A program made the translations under genes and the position numbers. The notes under the pieces are model-generated. The model was not told the origin of the DNA. It saw only the letters and a program-made list of their open reading frames with translations, and made no database searches. A stretch of 51,587 bases of DNA. Source: a bacterium (GTDB taxonomy: Bacteria; UBA10199; 2-02-FULL-44-16; DYJF01). Positions 8,776 through 18,512 of this stretch are shown here, piece after piece. The stretch covers positions 1 to 51,587 of the forward strand of contig JBGSNL010000075.1 of assembly GCA_041739675.1 (NCBI GenBank), in the 5' to 3' direction. Each line of letters begins with the position of its first letter. Positions within the stretch are counted from its first letter, which is position 1.

Positions 8776-10516
8776 AAAAATCGGAGACGGAGAGCTTGGC
8801 GGCAAGGGAAACGGATTCGCAAAGATCGAAAAGCTCATCGGTGATCTGAAAGAAAAAGGCGATTCACATGCCGCGACCATTTGTTTTCCAAAGACAATCC
8901 ATGTCACGACGAGCGTATTTCGTGATTTTGTGAAATTCAACGGCCTTGAAAAGATCATAGCGGAGGCAGAATCGGGAGGCGGCGCCAATTACGAAGAGTT
9001 GAAGGGGAGATTTCTTGGCGGAAAATTTGCCGATACGGTACAAAAGGAGCTATCCTCGATTTTGGACCAGATCACCTCTCCTATGGCCGTGAGATCCTCC
9101 TCTCTCCTTGAAGATCAAAAGGGGGCGTCGTTTGCCGGAAAATACGAGTCGGTCTTTGTCGGCAATCAGGGAACGCCGGAATCACGCCGGGAAGAATTCT
9201 TGAATGCCGTCAAGACGGTCTTCGCATCGACTTTCAATCCGAACGCCATAACATATCGCGGCAAGCACGGTTTTCTGAAAGACGCTGAAGAGATGGCACT
9301 GCTCGTTCAGGAGGTAGTGGGCCTGCAGTATCAGGACTATTATCTCCCTGCCCTGGCTGGAGTCGGTTTTTCGCAAAACGGTTACTGCTGGAACAAGGAG
9401 ATAAATAAAAAGGACGGCCTCGTGCGGCTGGTTATGGGTCTTGGAACTAGGGCCGTCGGGCGCGGCTACGTTTGTCTCTTCTCGCCCGTGAAGCCGCTCA
9501 TGAGGCCGGAGGGAACCGAGGTCAACAACATCCAGAAATGCTCGCAGAAGAAAGTGGATGTCATCGATCTCAAGAGCAATTCGTTCAAGTCGATTCATTT
9601 CAGGGAGCTGATCGGCGACGGTTTCAATTGCTATCCGGGCTCGCAGGCCTTCATCTCTTTAAGAGACGGCAATTATCTCTATCGGCCGGTCTCAAATCTG
9701 TGGGACTCCCAGCATGTGCCCGTCTTGACGATGAACGGCGTTCTGGGCGGAGAATGGATGGGGATTAATCTCTCCGAAACGCTTGCATGGCTATTGAGGG
9801 AGCTTGAAAAAGGTCTGGGCTTTGCGGTGGATGTCGAGTTCGCCGTAAACGCGGAATCTGAAGGTAACCATGCCGGCATATACTTGCTTCAGACAAGGGC
9901 CTTGTCTGAGGCGGAGAGCGGAAAATCCCGGCCGATTCCCGATGTGCCCTCCCAGGATGTCATATTCACTGTGCACAGAAATTTACCGACCGCATACGTG
10001 CCGGATCTTGAGTATCTCGTTTACGTCGACGAGATGGAATATCACAACTGGCCGCACAACGATAAACAGAGCGTGGCCCGCGTGGTCGGGAAGTTGACAG
10101 AAGTCCTGAAAGGCAAGAGGTTCGCGCTGATCGGCCCCGGCAGGTGGGGTTCATGGAACCCGGATCTCGGCGTGCCGGTCACCTATGCCGAAATTGCAAA
10201 CTGTGCGATGCTCATCGAGGTGGCGAGAAGAAAAGCCACGTATGTCCCCGAAGTGTCGTTCGGATCCCATTTCTTTCAGGATCTGATAGAGGACAGGATC
10301 GCCTATCTTCCGCTCTATCCCGACGAGCCCAATGAGGTGTTCAACGAGAATATTTTTTCGAAACAATCGGAATTTTCAAAACTCTTTCCCGACGATTACT
10401 ATAGAAAATTCGACAAGCTCTTCCATGTGATCCACGTCCCTGCCGTCGCTGACGGCAGAAAGGCACACGCTATTTTGAACGGCGAGCTTGAGAAGGCCAT
10501 CGTCTTTATAAAATGA
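8768..10516 (+). CDS. PEP-synthase/PPDK N-terminal (ATP-grasp) domain protein lacking the pyruvate-binding barrel
   Basis: LGGKG, AVRSSSLLED...SFAGKYES, MALLVQEVVG, GLGTRAV, DVEFA, LLQTR; C-terminal GPGRWGS and SFGSHFFQDL. Overlaps the upstream stop. Confidence 0.85.
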   Translation: MLKKIGDGELGGKGNGFAKIEKLIGDLKEKGDSHAATICFPKTIHVTTSVFRDFVKFNGLEKIIAEAESGGGANYEELKGRFLGGKFADTVQKELSSILDQITSPMAVRSSSLLEDQKGASFAGKYESVFVGNQGTPESRREEFLNAVKTVFASTFNPNAITYRGKHGFLKDAEEMALLVQEVVGLQYQDYYLPALAGVGFSQNGYCWNKEINKKDGLVRLVMGLGTRAVGRGYVCLFSPVKPLMRPEGTEVNNIQKCSQKKVDVIDLKSNSFKSIHFRELIGDGFNCYPGSQAFISLRDGNYLYRPVSNLWDSQHVPVLTMNGVLGGEWMGINLSETLAWLLRELEKGLGFAVDVEFAVNAESEGNHAGIYLLQTRALSEAESGKSRPIPDVPSQDVIFTVHRNLPTAYVPDLEYLVYVDEMEYHNWPHNDKQSVARVVGKLTEVLKGKRFALIGPGRWGSWNPDLGVPVTYAEIANCAMLIEVARRKATYVPEVSFGSHFFQDLIEDRIAYLPLYPDEPNEVFNENIFSKQSEFSKLFPDDYYRKFDKLFHVIHVPAVADGRKAHAILNGELEKAIVFIK

Positions 10517-11726
10517 TCTTTCTTTTTTTTACCGCCCTCTCCACGAACGGATGAAACTTGACGCCGCTTCCCATTCCCGGCAGGGGCGCTGACGGTTTTG
10601 TTATCAGGAATTTCCCGTCCGCGATCCATTTCTTGAGTTTGCCTGCGATCTCTCTGGCCATCGGCATTGAGGAGAGCGATGCCGTTTCGATTTCTTTGCC
10701 CTGTAATTTCACTTTTCCGCTTTTAAGTTCCGCATAGGAAACGTAGGCGAGAGGTTTGCCTTTAAATTCCGGATAATCGTCGCTGTAATCCCAGACCGGC
10801 GCCAGTATATCCGCATCGCAGACCGCACACGATATTATGACGTCCTCGTCGAGAACCGGTATGGGCACGCCGATGCCGACCGCCAGTGAAACTCCGTAGC
10901 CGGTCATGGAAACGCCGCGGACAAACCGGCTGTCCATTTCCTTCATGTCGCCAACAAGGGCGAGCGTTCCAGCGCCGCCCATCGGCACCCCCTTCTCGTT
11001 TCTTTTAGTGTCCGGATCGTGCTGCGTTCCGGGATAGAACACATAACCGGTTCCTCCGCCGAAAAATATGCGGGTCCCGATACCGATTGTCCTGTAATTC
11101 GGATCGTTGAGCAGCGGGGAGAGTTCCCCGGCGGAGCAGTAGTTGATGTTGCCCATATTCGGGCGAAGAATTCCCATGTAGGTGTAGATAGGGTGTTTCG
11201 CGCGCGCATTCACCGCCACGTTGTAATTTTGATAGGCGTTTCTGGGGTTCAAAAGCGTGGCGCTGTTGAGATCCGCCATCCTTATTTTTGCAAGGAGCTC
11301 TTTGCGCGGATAGCACTGCGTCCCGTATGATTGCGCCTCAAAAATTATTTCCTTGCCGGCGATCAGATCCTCGATCACGTGCCCGCCGCCGTAGACAAAT
11401 CTGCCCGGAAACACCTTGTTGGCGGGATCGTCTTCGGGAATGGATGTCGCGCCGATATAGAGATCCACTGCAGCTATGCCGCAGTAAGCGGGCACTCTGT
11501 TCAGCCACGCCTGCTTGAAGTTCATCTTGGGTTTCGTGTGGCCGGTGTTTATGAGCGCGCCTGAAGAGCACATCGGGGCGAACGTGCCTGTGGTCACGAC
11601 GTCTATTTCCCGCGCGGCTTTCTTGGCACCCTTCTGTCTTACTATCCCGATGACTTCTTCCGCTGTCACGACGACCGCTTTTCCTTTTTTGATCTTATCG
11701 TTTATTTCCTCGTATGTTTTGGACAT
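10506..11726 (-). CDS. L-aspartate semialdehyde sulfurtransferase (homocysteine biosynthesis, DUF39/COG1900, MA1821-like), no CBS domains
   Basis: KTYEEIN.KI..GKAVV.TAEE, DVVTTGTFAPMCSSG, YGGGHVIEDL, NPRNAYQNY, GELSPLLNDP..RTIGIGTRIF. Confidence 0.9.
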   Translation of the reverse strand: MSKTYEEINDKIKKGKAVVVTAEEVIGIVRQKGAKKAAREIDVVTTGTFAPMCSSGALINTGHTKPKMNFKQAWLNRVPAYCGIAAVDLYIGATSIPEDDPANKVFPGRFVYGGGHVIEDLIAGKEIIFEAQSYGTQCYPRKELLAKIRMADLNSATLLNPRNAYQNYNVAVNARAKHPIYTYMGILRPNMGNINYCSAGELSPLLNDPNYRTIGIGTRIFFGGGTGYVFYPGTQHDPDTKRNEKGVPMGGAGTLALVGDMKEMDSRFVRGVSMTGYGVSLAVGIGVPIPVLDEDVIISCAVCDADILAPVWDYSDDYPEFKGKPLAYVSYAELKSGKVKLQGKEIETASLSSMPMAREIAGKLKKWIADGKFLITKPSAPLPGMGSGVKFHPFVERAVKKRKIIL

Positions 11727-11741
11727 TTTATCTCCCCTTTC

Positions 11742-12158
11742 CTATGAAAGATGGTCGGTCACCGATTCGAGGGCGTGGTACGGACATGCAGGTATGCACA
11801 GCCCGCAGGCGATGCATTTATCCGAATCGAAATCGAGTTTTTTGCTCTCATTCACCGTCAATGCGCGAACCAGACACTGCGCAACGCATGCGCCGCAGTC
11901 GGTGCACTTGTCTTTGTCCCAGATTAGATTCTTGGCCGGGAAGATGAGCCCCACACCCTCCTCTTTGAGATAGTCGAAGGCTTTTTTGACCGCCTTGTCC
12001 GTGCCCTCTATCTGCACGAACATTGTGCCGTCCTCTTCAGGTGTTATCGATGCCTGCAGGATATTCACCGAGACATCGTGATTGCGGATCAAGTCGCTTA
12101 TGATCGGCCTTTCGACAAGATCGTGGCCGAAATGAAGAATTGCGCTTTTTTTTGCCAT
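11742..12158 (-). CDS. NIL-domain / 2x[4Fe-4S] ferredoxin (MA1822-like partner)
   Basis: NIL motif (VNILQASI) plus CTDCGACVAQC and CIACGLCIPACP; adjacent to the DUF39 gene. Confidence 0.9.
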   Translation of the reverse strand: MAKKSAILHFGHDLVERPIISDLIRNHDVSVNILQASITPEEDGTMFVQIEGTDKAVKKAFDYLKEEGVGLIFPAKNLIWDKDKCTDCGACVAQCLVRALTVNESKKLDFDSDKCIACGLCIPACPYHALESVTDHLS

Positions 12159-12167
12159 TTATTCCTC

Positions 12168-12890
12168 CTATTTTACGAGTTCGACGTTCCCCCAAATGCC
12201 CATCTTGTCTTCCATGGCTGCGACAACTCCCTGAATATCTTCCAAAGACTTTGCGCGGGCAAGCATCACCTCGATATCGGATTTCTCTTTGACCATGTTG
12301 CACAGCGCCGTCGCAGCGGCGTCCGCAGTCGCCGAGTCTGATGCGATGACACAGACGGCGTCCGCTTTTCCGAAACTGAGCGAGTGGCCGACGGTAGCGC
12401 TCGATGTGCAGATGCCCAAGGGTTTTCCATTCGAGCGCAAGACAAATTTCACCTTGCCAGTGAATGGAGAGTGTTCGCCTGCGTATAAGGCAAAAGTGAG
12501 CGGCCTTTCGCATCGGATGAAGATGTCGCCGCCGTTTTCGACAACGATGTCCCCGAATTTCCCCGCCAGTTGCTCTCCGACATAATCGGAGACAGCGCCG
12601 GCGACTGCCGCCATCGGACCCACGCCGAACTTTTGCGCTGCCGCTGCCATCCTTTGCACGATGAGCGGCGCATCGGCGGGCACTGTATGCGGTTCGAGGG
12701 CCGTCAGAAATTCGTGGTCGCGCACGATATAGGCTTCGATGTCCTTGCGCGCTTCAAGCAAAAACCCCTCCGCTTCCCTTTTCACATTCTCCTTTGCCAG
12801 AATGAAAAGGTCGCTTTCTTTAAAGGTGACGAGGCTGGGAACAAATCCTGCCGCCTTCATCCATTCTCTGTATTTGCGTTCTTCAAACAT
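12168..12890 (-). CDS. UPF0280 / ApbE-like protein (COG2122, MA1715-like, sulfide assimilation)
   Basis: ESDL, VGPMAAVAGA, VENGGDI, GICTSSATVGHSLSFG.ADAV, ADAAATA. Confidence 0.9.
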   Translation of the reverse strand: MFEERKYREWMKAAGFVPSLVTFKESDLFILAKENVKREAEGFLLEARKDIEAYIVRDHEFLTALEPHTVPADAPLIVQRMAAAAQKFGVGPMAAVAGAVSDYVGEQLAGKFGDIVVENGGDIFIRCERPLTFALYAGEHSPFTGKVKFVLRSNGKPLGICTSSATVGHSLSFGKADAVCVIASDSATADAAATALCNMVKEKSDIEVMLARAKSLEDIQGVVAAMEDKMGIWGNVELVK

Positions 12891-12892
12891 AT

Positions 12893-12932
12893 AAAAAAAA
12901 GATGCCGGGTTTTTTTCGCCAAACCCGGCACC
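12893..12932 (-). terminator. Terminator-like hairpin with U8 tract immediately upstream of the UPF0280 start codon
   Basis: Minus strand: GGTGCCGGGTTT-ggcgaaaa-AAACCCGGCATC-T8-AT-ATG. Confidence 0.75.
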
Positions 12933-12956
12933 ATCGTAAGTTATGTCATGTGCCTG

Positions 12957-13370
12957 TCATTTGGTCTGCGTCTCGGTGATATAGCCCGGCATGGTGGTCT
13001 GGCAGTCCACCATTTTTCTGAAAAATCCCGTGTACGCATCCTGAACGGATTTCGAACCTTCAGGCACCGGCAGATTCGGGCCGACAGATATGAGTTCCAG
13101 TTCGTAATTCAGGGTGTCGATGGGATTCATCTTATAGGAATATTTCTTTCCCATGCTCTCGACCGTGAGATAGAATTCCTTGTCCTGTTTTTCGACGATG
13201 GCTTTAGGATAGACGCCCATAGTCGTTCTGCCCTTGCGGTCGAGGTTTACCTCTTTGCATTCCGTCTGGCCGCGTAAATACCAGTTGCCTTTCCACTTTG
13301 CCGCGTGGACGGGCCGCGAAGCGGCAAAAGTCAGAGCGAAAACAATTATGAAGAGTGCAGTTTTTTTCAT
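12957..13370 (-). CDS. Secreted hypothetical protein
   Basis: AGGTGG RBS, MKKTALF...VHA signal peptide, two Cys; co-oriented with its neighbours. Confidence 0.7.
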   Translation of the reverse strand: MKKTALFIIVFALTFAASRPVHAAKWKGNWYLRGQTECKEVNLDRKGRTTMGVYPKAIVEKQDKEFYLTVESMGKKYSYKMNPIDTLNYELELISVGPNLPVPEGSKSVQDAYTGFFRKMVDCQTTMPGYITETQTK

Positions 13371-13377
13371 ACGCCAC

Positions 13378-14073
13378 CTATTTTGTGAACTTTGTCGTCG
13401 CAATCATCTTATCGCGAGCCGGTTTGATCGTCTTGTCGAACTCGGCGGCCTTGCCCTTATCGGGCATGTCGTCGCAGAGCTTCTCACCCGACGTTGTGCA
13501 CAACATTTGGCCCACGAGGTTATACATATCCTGCGAGCGCTTCATGTTGACTGCCGTCATATAACGCCAGACGGTGGCCTTTTTCTTTTTGCCGTCGATC
13601 GCAACTTTCTTAGTTTCCGGGCAACGCGTCGTGACGAGCATCGCCTTCTGGCCGGCCCAATTCACCGACTTCTGCTCGACGACAACGCAATCCTGTTTTT
13701 CCTTCTTTGCCTTTTCCGCCCTTTTCTCTTCCTTCTTTTCGTCTTTTTTCGATTTCCCGCCCTTCGATTCCATGATCGGCATAACCATCAGGTTGATGTT
13801 CGGAAGATCGCCGTCTTTAAGGTTTTCGGCAAACTTCACGTTGCACATGTTCCCCATCTTGCCCATCGGGATGTTGATGCCATAGCCGGCTTCGATCTTG
13901 GGCTTTTCAGATTCTTCATAATTCCATGCGCCCGGGTAATTGAGCCTGAACTTGTAATCGCCGTTGGAGTAGGTCTTGTCCGGTGTGGACGGGGCCTTTT
14001 TCGCCGCTAACGAAAGCGACGGGGCCGCCAATGCTAAAACAAGAATCGCTGCCACGAAATACGCCTTTTTCAT
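13378..14073 (-). CDS. Secreted Lys-rich hypothetical protein, PsbP/DcrB-like N-terminus
   Basis: GGGAGG RBS, signal peptide, KTYSNGDYKFRLNYPGAW motif, several Cys. Confidence 0.7.
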   Translation of the reverse strand: MKKAYFVAAILVLALAAPSLSLAAKKAPSTPDKTYSNGDYKFRLNYPGAWNYEESEKPKIEAGYGINIPMGKMGNMCNVKFAENLKDGDLPNINLMVMPIMESKGGKSKKDEKKEEKRAEKAKKEKQDCVVVEQKSVNWAGQKAMLVTTRCPETKKVAIDGKKKKATVWRYMTAVNMKRSQDMYNLVGQMLCTTSGEKLCDDMPDKGKAAEFDKTIKPARDKMIATTKFTK

Positions 14074-14138
14074 TTTTCCTCCCTTTCCTGAAGTTGGCTA
14101 AGTGACTATAATACTTGGAAATAATTGCAAATAAAATT

Positions 14139-16427
14139 TTAGAACATATTTCCGATCGTGAAATTGAAAACGACACTATCCTCCCACGGGCGCTTGTTTA
14201 TGGGGATTCCCCACTCGAAGCGCATCGGCCCCATAGGGGAGTTCCACCTGAGCCCGAAGCCGTAGTCCATGCGGATGTTGGAAATCGAGTAGTTCTCGTC
14301 TTCGGCGTAAGAGTTGCCAGCGTCGAAGAAGCCGACGAGACTGATGCCTGCGGGCTCGTAGATCCACCACTCAAGTTCGTTTATGATGACCAATATCTTG
14401 TTGCCTCCGTAGACAAATTGTTCCTCGCCCCCGGATGGAGATGACGGAATCCTGAGCGTCGGTCCAACCGAGTTGGGGTAAAAACCTCTAAGGGAATTCG
14501 GTCCGCCGACGAAAAAGCGTTCGAAGAGAGGCACAGGGTTCTCGTTTAAACTATCTATGTACCCGATGCGCGCAAACTGCTTCATGACCAGTTTTTTCTT
14601 GATGATCGGCTCGTAGAACATCGCCTTGAGATTGACGCGGTAGAAATCGTTGCTGCCGCCGAGCTTCGTCCCTGATATTTCGTTTGTCAGGATGCCGTAG
14701 GTTCCCGAACGCGGCGTTATGCGGTTGTCACGCCTGTCGTTCACAAGTGAAAGATTGAGCGCGGACGTGACGCCTGAAGCGTCGGTCCGGAAGAACTGTG
14801 GAACGGCGAACGAGAAATCGGAGAGCTCGACTTGTTCGAGCTGGTAACCAAGTTCCGCCGTCCAGTTCTCGAAGAAGCGGTGTCCCAGCGTGACGTCTCC
14901 GCCGTTGGATACCCGCCGGAAGTCGATGTAATTGTAGGCGTTCCGGTATCCCTGAAGGCCAACTATCCATTGTGAATCCAGAAAATACGGATCGCGCACA
15001 GATAACATGAAGAACTGTCTCTTTGTAGAGAGCTCTGCCGATACCGAACCCGATATGCCGTAGCCGAAGAAATTCTCCTTCGACACGGACGCGGTGAGTA
15101 TGAAATGCTCGATAGAGCTGAAACCCGCGCCGATATTGAAGCTCCCGGTCGGCTTCTCCTTGACCGTGATGTTGAGTATCATCGTGTCATCGCGACTGCC
15201 TCGCGGCGTGGCGAAGTTTACCTCCTCAAAGTATCCCAGTTGCATCAGCTTCATCCTGCTCTCGCGCAGAAGCCTTTCGCTGTAGCGGTCATCTTCCTTC
15301 AGCTTCATTTCGCGCCTTATCACCTTGTCGCGCGTCGTCGTGTTTCCCATGATATTGATGCGCTCGATGGTGATCTGCTTTCCCTTTTCTATCGCGAGAT
15401 TGATGTCTGCCGTCAGCGTCTCGTCGTTTGCCTGCGTCTGGGGCACGATGTTCGCGTACGCATAGCCCTCGTCGCCGTATCTGTCAGAGAGGAGCTGCAT
15501 ATCCTCCTCAAGGTCCTTTTGGGAGTAGATATCGCCTGTCTTTGTTTTCAGTTGGCTTAAGAGCTCCTCTTTCGTCGTGAGGATGTCGCCGCTCATCGTC
15601 AGCACGCCGATCTTATATTGTTTTCCTTCGGTGATCTGAAACGAGATAAAAAGATAGCGCTTGTCCTTGCTGATGGAGACCTTTGCGGGTTGAACTTTGA
15701 CCTTTAGATAGCCGTGGTTGAGATAGAAGAACGTGAGCATCATGGCATCCTGCTTCAGCTGCTCTTCATTATATTTGCCGGAGCTTGTGATAAACGAGAA
15801 GGCACCCTTCTTTTTCGTTCTTATTTCACCCCTTAGTTCTTTTTCGCTGAAGACCTTGTTGCCTATGAAATCGACGCGTCTTACGATGACGCCCTGGTTT
15901 TCATGGATGTCGAAAACGAGCTTCGCCTCGCCCGGTTGCAGAGACTCCGTATGGTGGCTGATTTGAATGAGATAGTAGCCCTTCTTTTCATAGGCCGCCC
16001 TGATTTTCTCGATTGAATCTGAGAGCTCTTTCTCGTCTAAGGGGCTGTACGTCTTGACGGTGATGTCTTTGCGGAGCTCGTCATTTTTGATTTTTTTGTT
16101 GCCGTCAAAACCGACGTCGGTGATGACGGGTTTCTCGACGAAGAGGAAGGTGAGAGCGACACCGCCGCCCTTCGGGGTGGAGTCGACTTTGATATCTTCG
16201 AACTGTCCCAGTTTGTAGAGCGCCCTGATGTCGCGTGTGATTATCTGTGGATCGACCGATTGGCCGACACGGCTCTGGATCGTCTGGGATATCGTCGATT
16301 CAGGCGTGCGCACATTCCCCTGAAAATTGATCTCGGTGATCTGGCGGCCGTCTGCGGCCGCCTGAACGGCGGACAACGCGAGGATCAAAAAACACAGTGG
16401 AAGAAAAATTATTTTTCTAAAGTTCAT
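14139..16427 (-). CDS. bamA: Outer membrane protein assembly factor BamA
   Basis: POTRA repeats (F.GN..., GNTTTRDKVIRRE), VKEKPTGS, LRGF lid loop, GLRWNSPMGPMRF, C-terminal Phe. Confidence 0.97.
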   Translation of the reverse strand: MNFRKIIFLPLCFLILALSAVQAAADGRQITEINFQGNVRTPESTISQTIQSRVGQSVDPQIITRDIRALYKLGQFEDIKVDSTPKGGGVALTFLFVEKPVITDVGFDGNKKIKNDELRKDITVKTYSPLDEKELSDSIEKIRAAYEKKGYYLIQISHHTESLQPGEAKLVFDIHENQGVIVRRVDFIGNKVFSEKELRGEIRTKKKGAFSFITSSGKYNEEQLKQDAMMLTFFYLNHGYLKVKVQPAKVSISKDKRYLFISFQITEGKQYKIGVLTMSGDILTTKEELLSQLKTKTGDIYSQKDLEEDMQLLSDRYGDEGYAYANIVPQTQANDETLTADINLAIEKGKQITIERINIMGNTTTRDKVIRREMKLKEDDRYSERLLRESRMKLMQLGYFEEVNFATPRGSRDDTMILNITVKEKPTGSFNIGAGFSSIEHFILTASVSKENFFGYGISGSVSAELSTKRQFFMLSVRDPYFLDSQWIVGLQGYRNAYNYIDFRRVSNGGDVTLGHRFFENWTAELGYQLEQVELSDFSFAVPQFFRTDASGVTSALNLSLVNDRRDNRITPRSGTYGILTNEISGTKLGGSNDFYRVNLKAMFYEPIIKKKLVMKQFARIGYIDSLNENPVPLFERFFVGGPNSLRGFYPNSVGPTLRIPSSPSGGEEQFVYGGNKILVIINELEWWIYEPAGISLVGFFDAGNSYAEDENYSISNIRMDYGFGLRWNSPMGPMRFEWGIPINKRPWEDSVVFNFTIGNMF

Positions 16428-17088
16428 TAAGTTTTCCGTCTCTCAGCAAGTGTTTCCGCGGAAGCAGATCCAGCAATTCCTGGTTGTGCGAAACGATGAG
16501 CATCGCAATGCCGTCGTCGCGGTTGAGCTTCAAAAGATAATCGAAGACGCGCTCGCCCGTCTCGCGGTCGAGGTTGCCCGTCGGCTCGTCGGCCAGGATA
16601 AGTTTGGGCCGCATGACCGCGGCGCGCGCCAGCGCGACTCTTTGCTGCTCTCCGCCTGATAGTTCGCTCGGGCGGTGCGACGCGCGGTCAGAGAGCCCCA
16701 CCTCTTCGAGGGCCTCCATCGCCTTCTGCCTTGCCTGTTTCCTCTTCTGCCCCGCTATGAGGCAGGGCATCATTGCATTCTCGATCGCCGTGAACTCGGG
16801 CAGGAGATGATAAAATTGAAAGACGAATCCGATCGAGCGGTTCCTGAAACGCGCGAGTGCGGTCTCGCTCATCTTGTTTATATCATCCCCCTCAAAACTT
16901 ATCTTTCCACCCGTGGGCCGGTCAAGACCGCCCATGATATGCAGAAGCGTGGATTTCCCGGAGCCGGAAGCGCCGTATATGCCGACAAGGTTTCCCTCGC
17001 CGATTTCAAAATCAACGCCTTTCAAAACATCCAATGCGGCCGCGCCGCCGTCGTAACTTTTTTTTACATCGTTCGCCGTGAGTAGCAT
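16417..17088 (-). CDS. lolD: Lipoprotein-releasing ABC transporter ATPase LolD
   Basis: [39 protein letters not shown]. Start placed at ATG 17088, just after the lolE stop. Confidence 0.93.
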   Translation of the reverse strand: MLLTANDVKKSYDGGAAALDVLKGVDFEIGEGNLVGIYGASGSGKSTLLHIMGGLDRPTGGKISFEGDDINKMSETALARFRNRSIGFVFQFYHLLPEFTAIENAMMPCLIAGQKRKQARQKAMEALEEVGLSDRASHRPSELSGGEQQRVALARAAVMRPKLILADEPTGNLDRETGERVFDYLLKLNRDDGIAMLIVSHNQELLDLLPRKHLLRDGKLNEL

Positions 17089-17090
17089 AT

Positions 17091-18512
17091 CTATAGTGCC
17101 TCGCTTATCGGTAACCCAGCAAGGCGCCTTGCCGCTATCCTCGATGTCACATAACACATCAAAAGACTGAAGAGGGCTATCTTGCCGCATATTGGCCATG
17201 AAATGTCAAGAGGGAGAGCCGAAAGGAAATATATCTCTGGCTCCAAACGTATTAGATGAAAGTGTTTGACGGCCCACGAAATTCCCAACCCCAATCCGAT
17301 GCCGATGGCGGTGCCGGCGAGTCCGGTTGAAACTCCGCTCCGCGTGAAAATTTTTCTGAGCAGGTCGGTTCTTATGCCCAGCGCCTTGAGAATCGCTACC
17401 TCATGTGCGCGGTAACATATCAGAAGAACAAGAACACCGATGATGTTGAAGGCCGCAACCACGACCAGAATTCCCATGATTATCGAAAAGACAAGTTTTT
17501 CAAGGGAGAGCGCTTCGAAAAGATCCCGGTTCAGCTCGTCCCACGTTATCGCCTGATAGACGGACGGCAGAGCGTTGTTGAGAGCGTATGCGATTGCCTG
17601 CGCCTTCTCCGGATCGTCGAGCTTAATCTCGACGCCTGTCGCTACGATTCCGCCCGTTTCGAAAACTGTTCTCGCAACTTCTATATTCATGAGAGCGAAC
17701 TGGGAGTCGTAATCATAGAGACCCGATTCAAATGTTCCGGCGACGGTGGCAGTTACAAACTGTTTGTCCTTCGCGGTCTGCGGAACCATGAGCGTGATTT
17801 TTTCGGGCGATCCGAGACGCTCGAAAAGCGCTTTTCCAAGAATGACGTTCAAGTACTTCGAAGGGGCGAGCGCGTCATCAATTGAAATATCACCGGCAAG
17901 ATTCAAGCGCATCCGGTTCACTTCGCGGACGGTCTTAGGGTCCACGCCTTTCACGACAATGCCCTTGATGATGCCCTTTGAAATCGCAAGTCCTTCACGG
18001 TAGAGAAAGGGCGTCATCCCGATGACACCCTTCTCGCTCGTGGTTTTTAGCCGGAGCAAAATATCCGGGACAAAGACCTTGAAACGCTCGGGCTGGATTT
18101 TTTCCCACACTTCGTAAAACTCCGGCCTCTCTTCGAGTCTTAATGAGATGTCGTCGTGAAAATTTTTCATGCTCTGATATATTGCAGTCATTGCTTTGAC
18201 GGCCGGCATCATGAAGGCAGTGCGCCCGAAAAACTTTTTCTCGTCTTTGGTCTGGCGAAGTGCTGACGCAAAGCCCACTACAGGCGCAACATCTTTCATC
18301 TCGTTTGCCTCAAGGACGACGACGTGCGCGTTGAAATCAAGCACCGAGCGGCGGTATTCGCGCTGAAAGCCCGCCACAATGGAGAGGGCCACAATAAGGG
18401 TCGCCGTGCCTATGGCAATGCCGGCGATCGAGACCGCGCGCATTACGGCAAGCGAACGGGGAAGATGGCGCGAGGAATTGAACCTCTTGGCTATGTCGGA
18501 AACAAGTTTCAT
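17091..18512 (-). CDS. LolC/LolE-family ABC permease (with a periplasmic insertion)
   Basis: GIAIG.ATLIVALSIVAGF, GTFESGLYDYD, W.ELN..LFEAL..EK, EVAILKALG, IYFLS.LP. Confidence 0.9.
   Translation of the reverse strand: MKLVSDIAKRFNSSRHLPRSLAVMRAVSIAGIAIGTATLIVALSIVAGFQREYRRSVLDFNAHVVVLEANEMKDVAPVVGFASALRQTKDEKKFFGRTAFMMPAVKAMTAIYQSMKNFHDDISLRLEERPEFYEVWEKIQPERFKVFVPDILLRLKTTSEKGVIGMTPFLYREGLAISKGIIKGIVVKGVDPKTVREVNRMRLNLAGDISIDDALAPSKYLNVILGKALFERLGSPEKITLMVPQTAKDKQFVTATVAGTFESGLYDYDSQFALMNIEVARTVFETGGIVATGVEIKLDDPEKAQAIAYALNNALPSVYQAITWDELNRDLFEALSLEKLVFSIIMGILVVVAAFNIIGVLVLLICYRAHEVAILKALGIRTDLLRKIFTRSGVSTGLAGTAIGIGLGLGISWAVKHFHLIRLEPEIYFLSALPLDISWPICGKIALFSLLMCYVTSRIAARRLAGLPISEAL

Noticed and set aside
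12891..12956. SAM riboswitch upstream of the homocysteine genes
   Set aside because: The intergenic region is only 66 nt, mostly the hairpin, and shows no SAM-I/II consensus.
17089..17199. 37-aa N-terminal extension of LolD in the ORF track
   Set aside because: It overlaps the permease 3' end; ATG 17088 directly follows the permease stop and gives a normal-length LolD.
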